From Balanoglossus misakiensis (taxonomy: Eukaryota; Animalia; Hemichordata): a stretch of 64,000 nt of DNA. The DNA lies in NCBI GenBank assembly GCA_040954595.2, contig CM082587.2, positions 11,990,053-12,054,052 on the forward strand. The letters are read 5' to 3'. The position numbers and the translations under genes were made by a program. The notes beneath the pieces are model-generated. The model saw only the letters and a program-made list of their open reading frames with translations. It had not been told where the DNA came from and made no database searches. Below, in pieces: positions 62,101 to 64,000 of the stretch (position 1 is its first letter; each line of letters begins with the position of its first letter).

Positions 62101-63470
62101 TTGGAGAGCTCCATTGACTGGTCATTCATACTGTTTTCATTCATTCATTGCGGCATCAATATATTTTATCTATTCTAGCCAAAGAGCTTGGCACCTGTTG
62201 AAATGAACTCATCTGCTGTGGGCCAGTTTATTGGTGGCAGTTGAGCTGAGGAGAGCACCTTCCTTCCCGGCACGCCACCAAGTAAAGTTCCACGCCGCCC
62301 ACCACAGATGCCAGCATTCATTCATGCGAGTGAGTGTAATTGCAAATTTGCCTATTCTAGAATTACGTGCCATTGGAGAGCTCCATTGACTGGTCATTCA
62401 TACTGTTTTCATTCATTCATTGCGGCATCAATATATTTTATCTATTCTAGCCAAAGAGCTTGGCACCTGTTGAAATGAACTCATCTGCTGTGGGCCAGTT
62501 TATTGGTGGCAGTTGAGCTGAGGAGAGCACCTTCCTTCCCGGCACGCCACCAAGTAAAGTTCCACGCCGCCCACCACAGATGCCAGCATTCATTCATGCG
62601 AGTGAGTGTAATTGCAAATTTGCCTATTCTAGATCTGTAATGGAAATGGAGAAAGTACCTTATATTTTCTGTAAAATAGACATTTAATTGGCAAGCCGTC
62701 CTGCATCAATTATGAATTGTGTACATGCACTAAAGCGCCCTCACTGCTGGGTGTGTTGTATGGTCTTTAACCCTGTTTCAAATTAGAGTACTTTCTGCAA
62801 TTTCAAGACAGATCTTACGTGCCATTGGAGAGCTCCATTGACTGGTCATTCATACTGTTTTCATTCATTCATTGCGGCATCAATATATTTTATCTATTCT
62901 AGCCAAAGAGCTTGGCACCTGTTGAAATGAACTCATCTGCTGTGGGCCAGTTTATTGGTGGCAGTTGAGCTGAGGAGAGCACCTTCCTTCCCGGCACGCC
63001 ACCAAGTAAAGTTCCACGCCGCCCACCACAGATGCCAGCATTCATTCATGCGAGTGAGTGTAATTGCAAATTTGCCTATTCTAGATCTGTAATGGAAATG
63101 GAGAAAGTACCTTATATTTTCTGTAAAATAGACATTTAATTGGCAAGCCGTCCTGCATCAATTATGAATTGTGTACATGCACTAAAGCGCCCTCACTGCT
63201 GGGTGTGTTGTATGGTCTTTAACCCTGTTTCAAATTAGAGTACTTTCTGCAATTTCAAGACAGATCTTACGTGCCATTGGAGAGCTCCATTGACTGGTCA
63301 TTCATACTGTTTTCATTCATTCATTGCGGCATCAATATATTTTATCTATTCTAGCCAAAGAGCTTGGCACCTGTTGAAATGAACTCATCTGCTGTGGGCC
63401 AGTTTATTGGTGGCAGTTGAGCTGAGGAGAGCACCTTCCTTCCCGGCACGCCACCAAGTAAAGTTCCACG
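47179..63470. repeat. Satellite array 3: 28x452 + 6x274 + 1x275 + 5x272 + 357 bp partial
   Basis: Unit lengths sum exactly to 16292 bp. Confidence 0.95.
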
Positions 63471-64000
63471 TGCATTCCTGGCCCTGGTTTTATTTATGTT
63501 TACAGACAATATTGCATTTTTGTACAAGTATTTTAATCAACTATAAATTTTGAATGTGTCATTTACCTGAACCGGTCATGTTGACCAGAATGATACATTT
63601 CTGCCTTCACTCACCCTATAAATATGTGATTGAGACATAGGTCATTTGCATAAGCTAACATACCAGAAAGTAAGCATATCTGTTGTTTTCCCTGTGTCAC
63701 TGCCATCAAAGTAAAAATTAGACGTTGTGTAGAGCAAACTCCAATTTTTTGTTCTCAATAAACATGGATGAATTACATAGAATGTGTTTGTTGTTTACAG
63801 TCTTTAAATGACACATTAGATTATGCACTTTACAAAACGTTTCTGAGAAACAAGTGACTAACTAGTTTCTTTCCACTGTGGCCAACGTGGTTCACTGTTT
63901 GTGTCAGAATCTCTCTGTTTTGCAAGGATTTTGAAATCATAGTGGTGACATGCATAGTGAAAATCAGCTACTTTCAAATGTCCGTCATGTTCATGCTGTA
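63471..64000. mobile_element. Start of gene cassette copy 4 (cut by the window edge; 3' end of the truncated ORF at 63858-64000, - strand)
   Basis: Matches 474-1003 with the same satellite junction. Confidence 0.85.

Overview
Eukaryotic, probably metazoan, DNA (GT-AG introns, strong Kozak starts) made up entirely of a 17.9-24.4 kb macro-tandem repeat. Each period has an ~8.15 kb gene cassette (474-8619, 21110-29255, 39031-47178; a fourth starts at 63471) followed by a satellite array of variable length. The cassette encodes: (i) a Sola-like DDE transposase split into two head-to-head genes, with the DNA-binding/Zn half on - and the catalytic half on +; (ii) a 5'-truncated duplicate of the N-terminal half; (iii) a 4-exon winged-helix + SETD8/PR-Set7-like SET gene that the ORF track shows only as fragments; and (iv) a His-Cys box (I-PpoI-like) His-Me endonuclease. 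The 452-bp satellite monomer is a 275-bp 'A' part plus a 177-bp MITE-like 'B' module with imperfect terminal inverted repeats. 28 monomers lack B and carry four different junctions (272/274/274/275 bp) that resemble hairpin-type transposon excision footprints. The last 150 bp of B also directly follow the cassette's right end, and the cassette carries a diverged copy of A. Together this suggests an undescribed transposon system of transposase, chromatin writer, endonuclease and self-derived satellite array. Family assignments come from motifs read by eye, not database searches.
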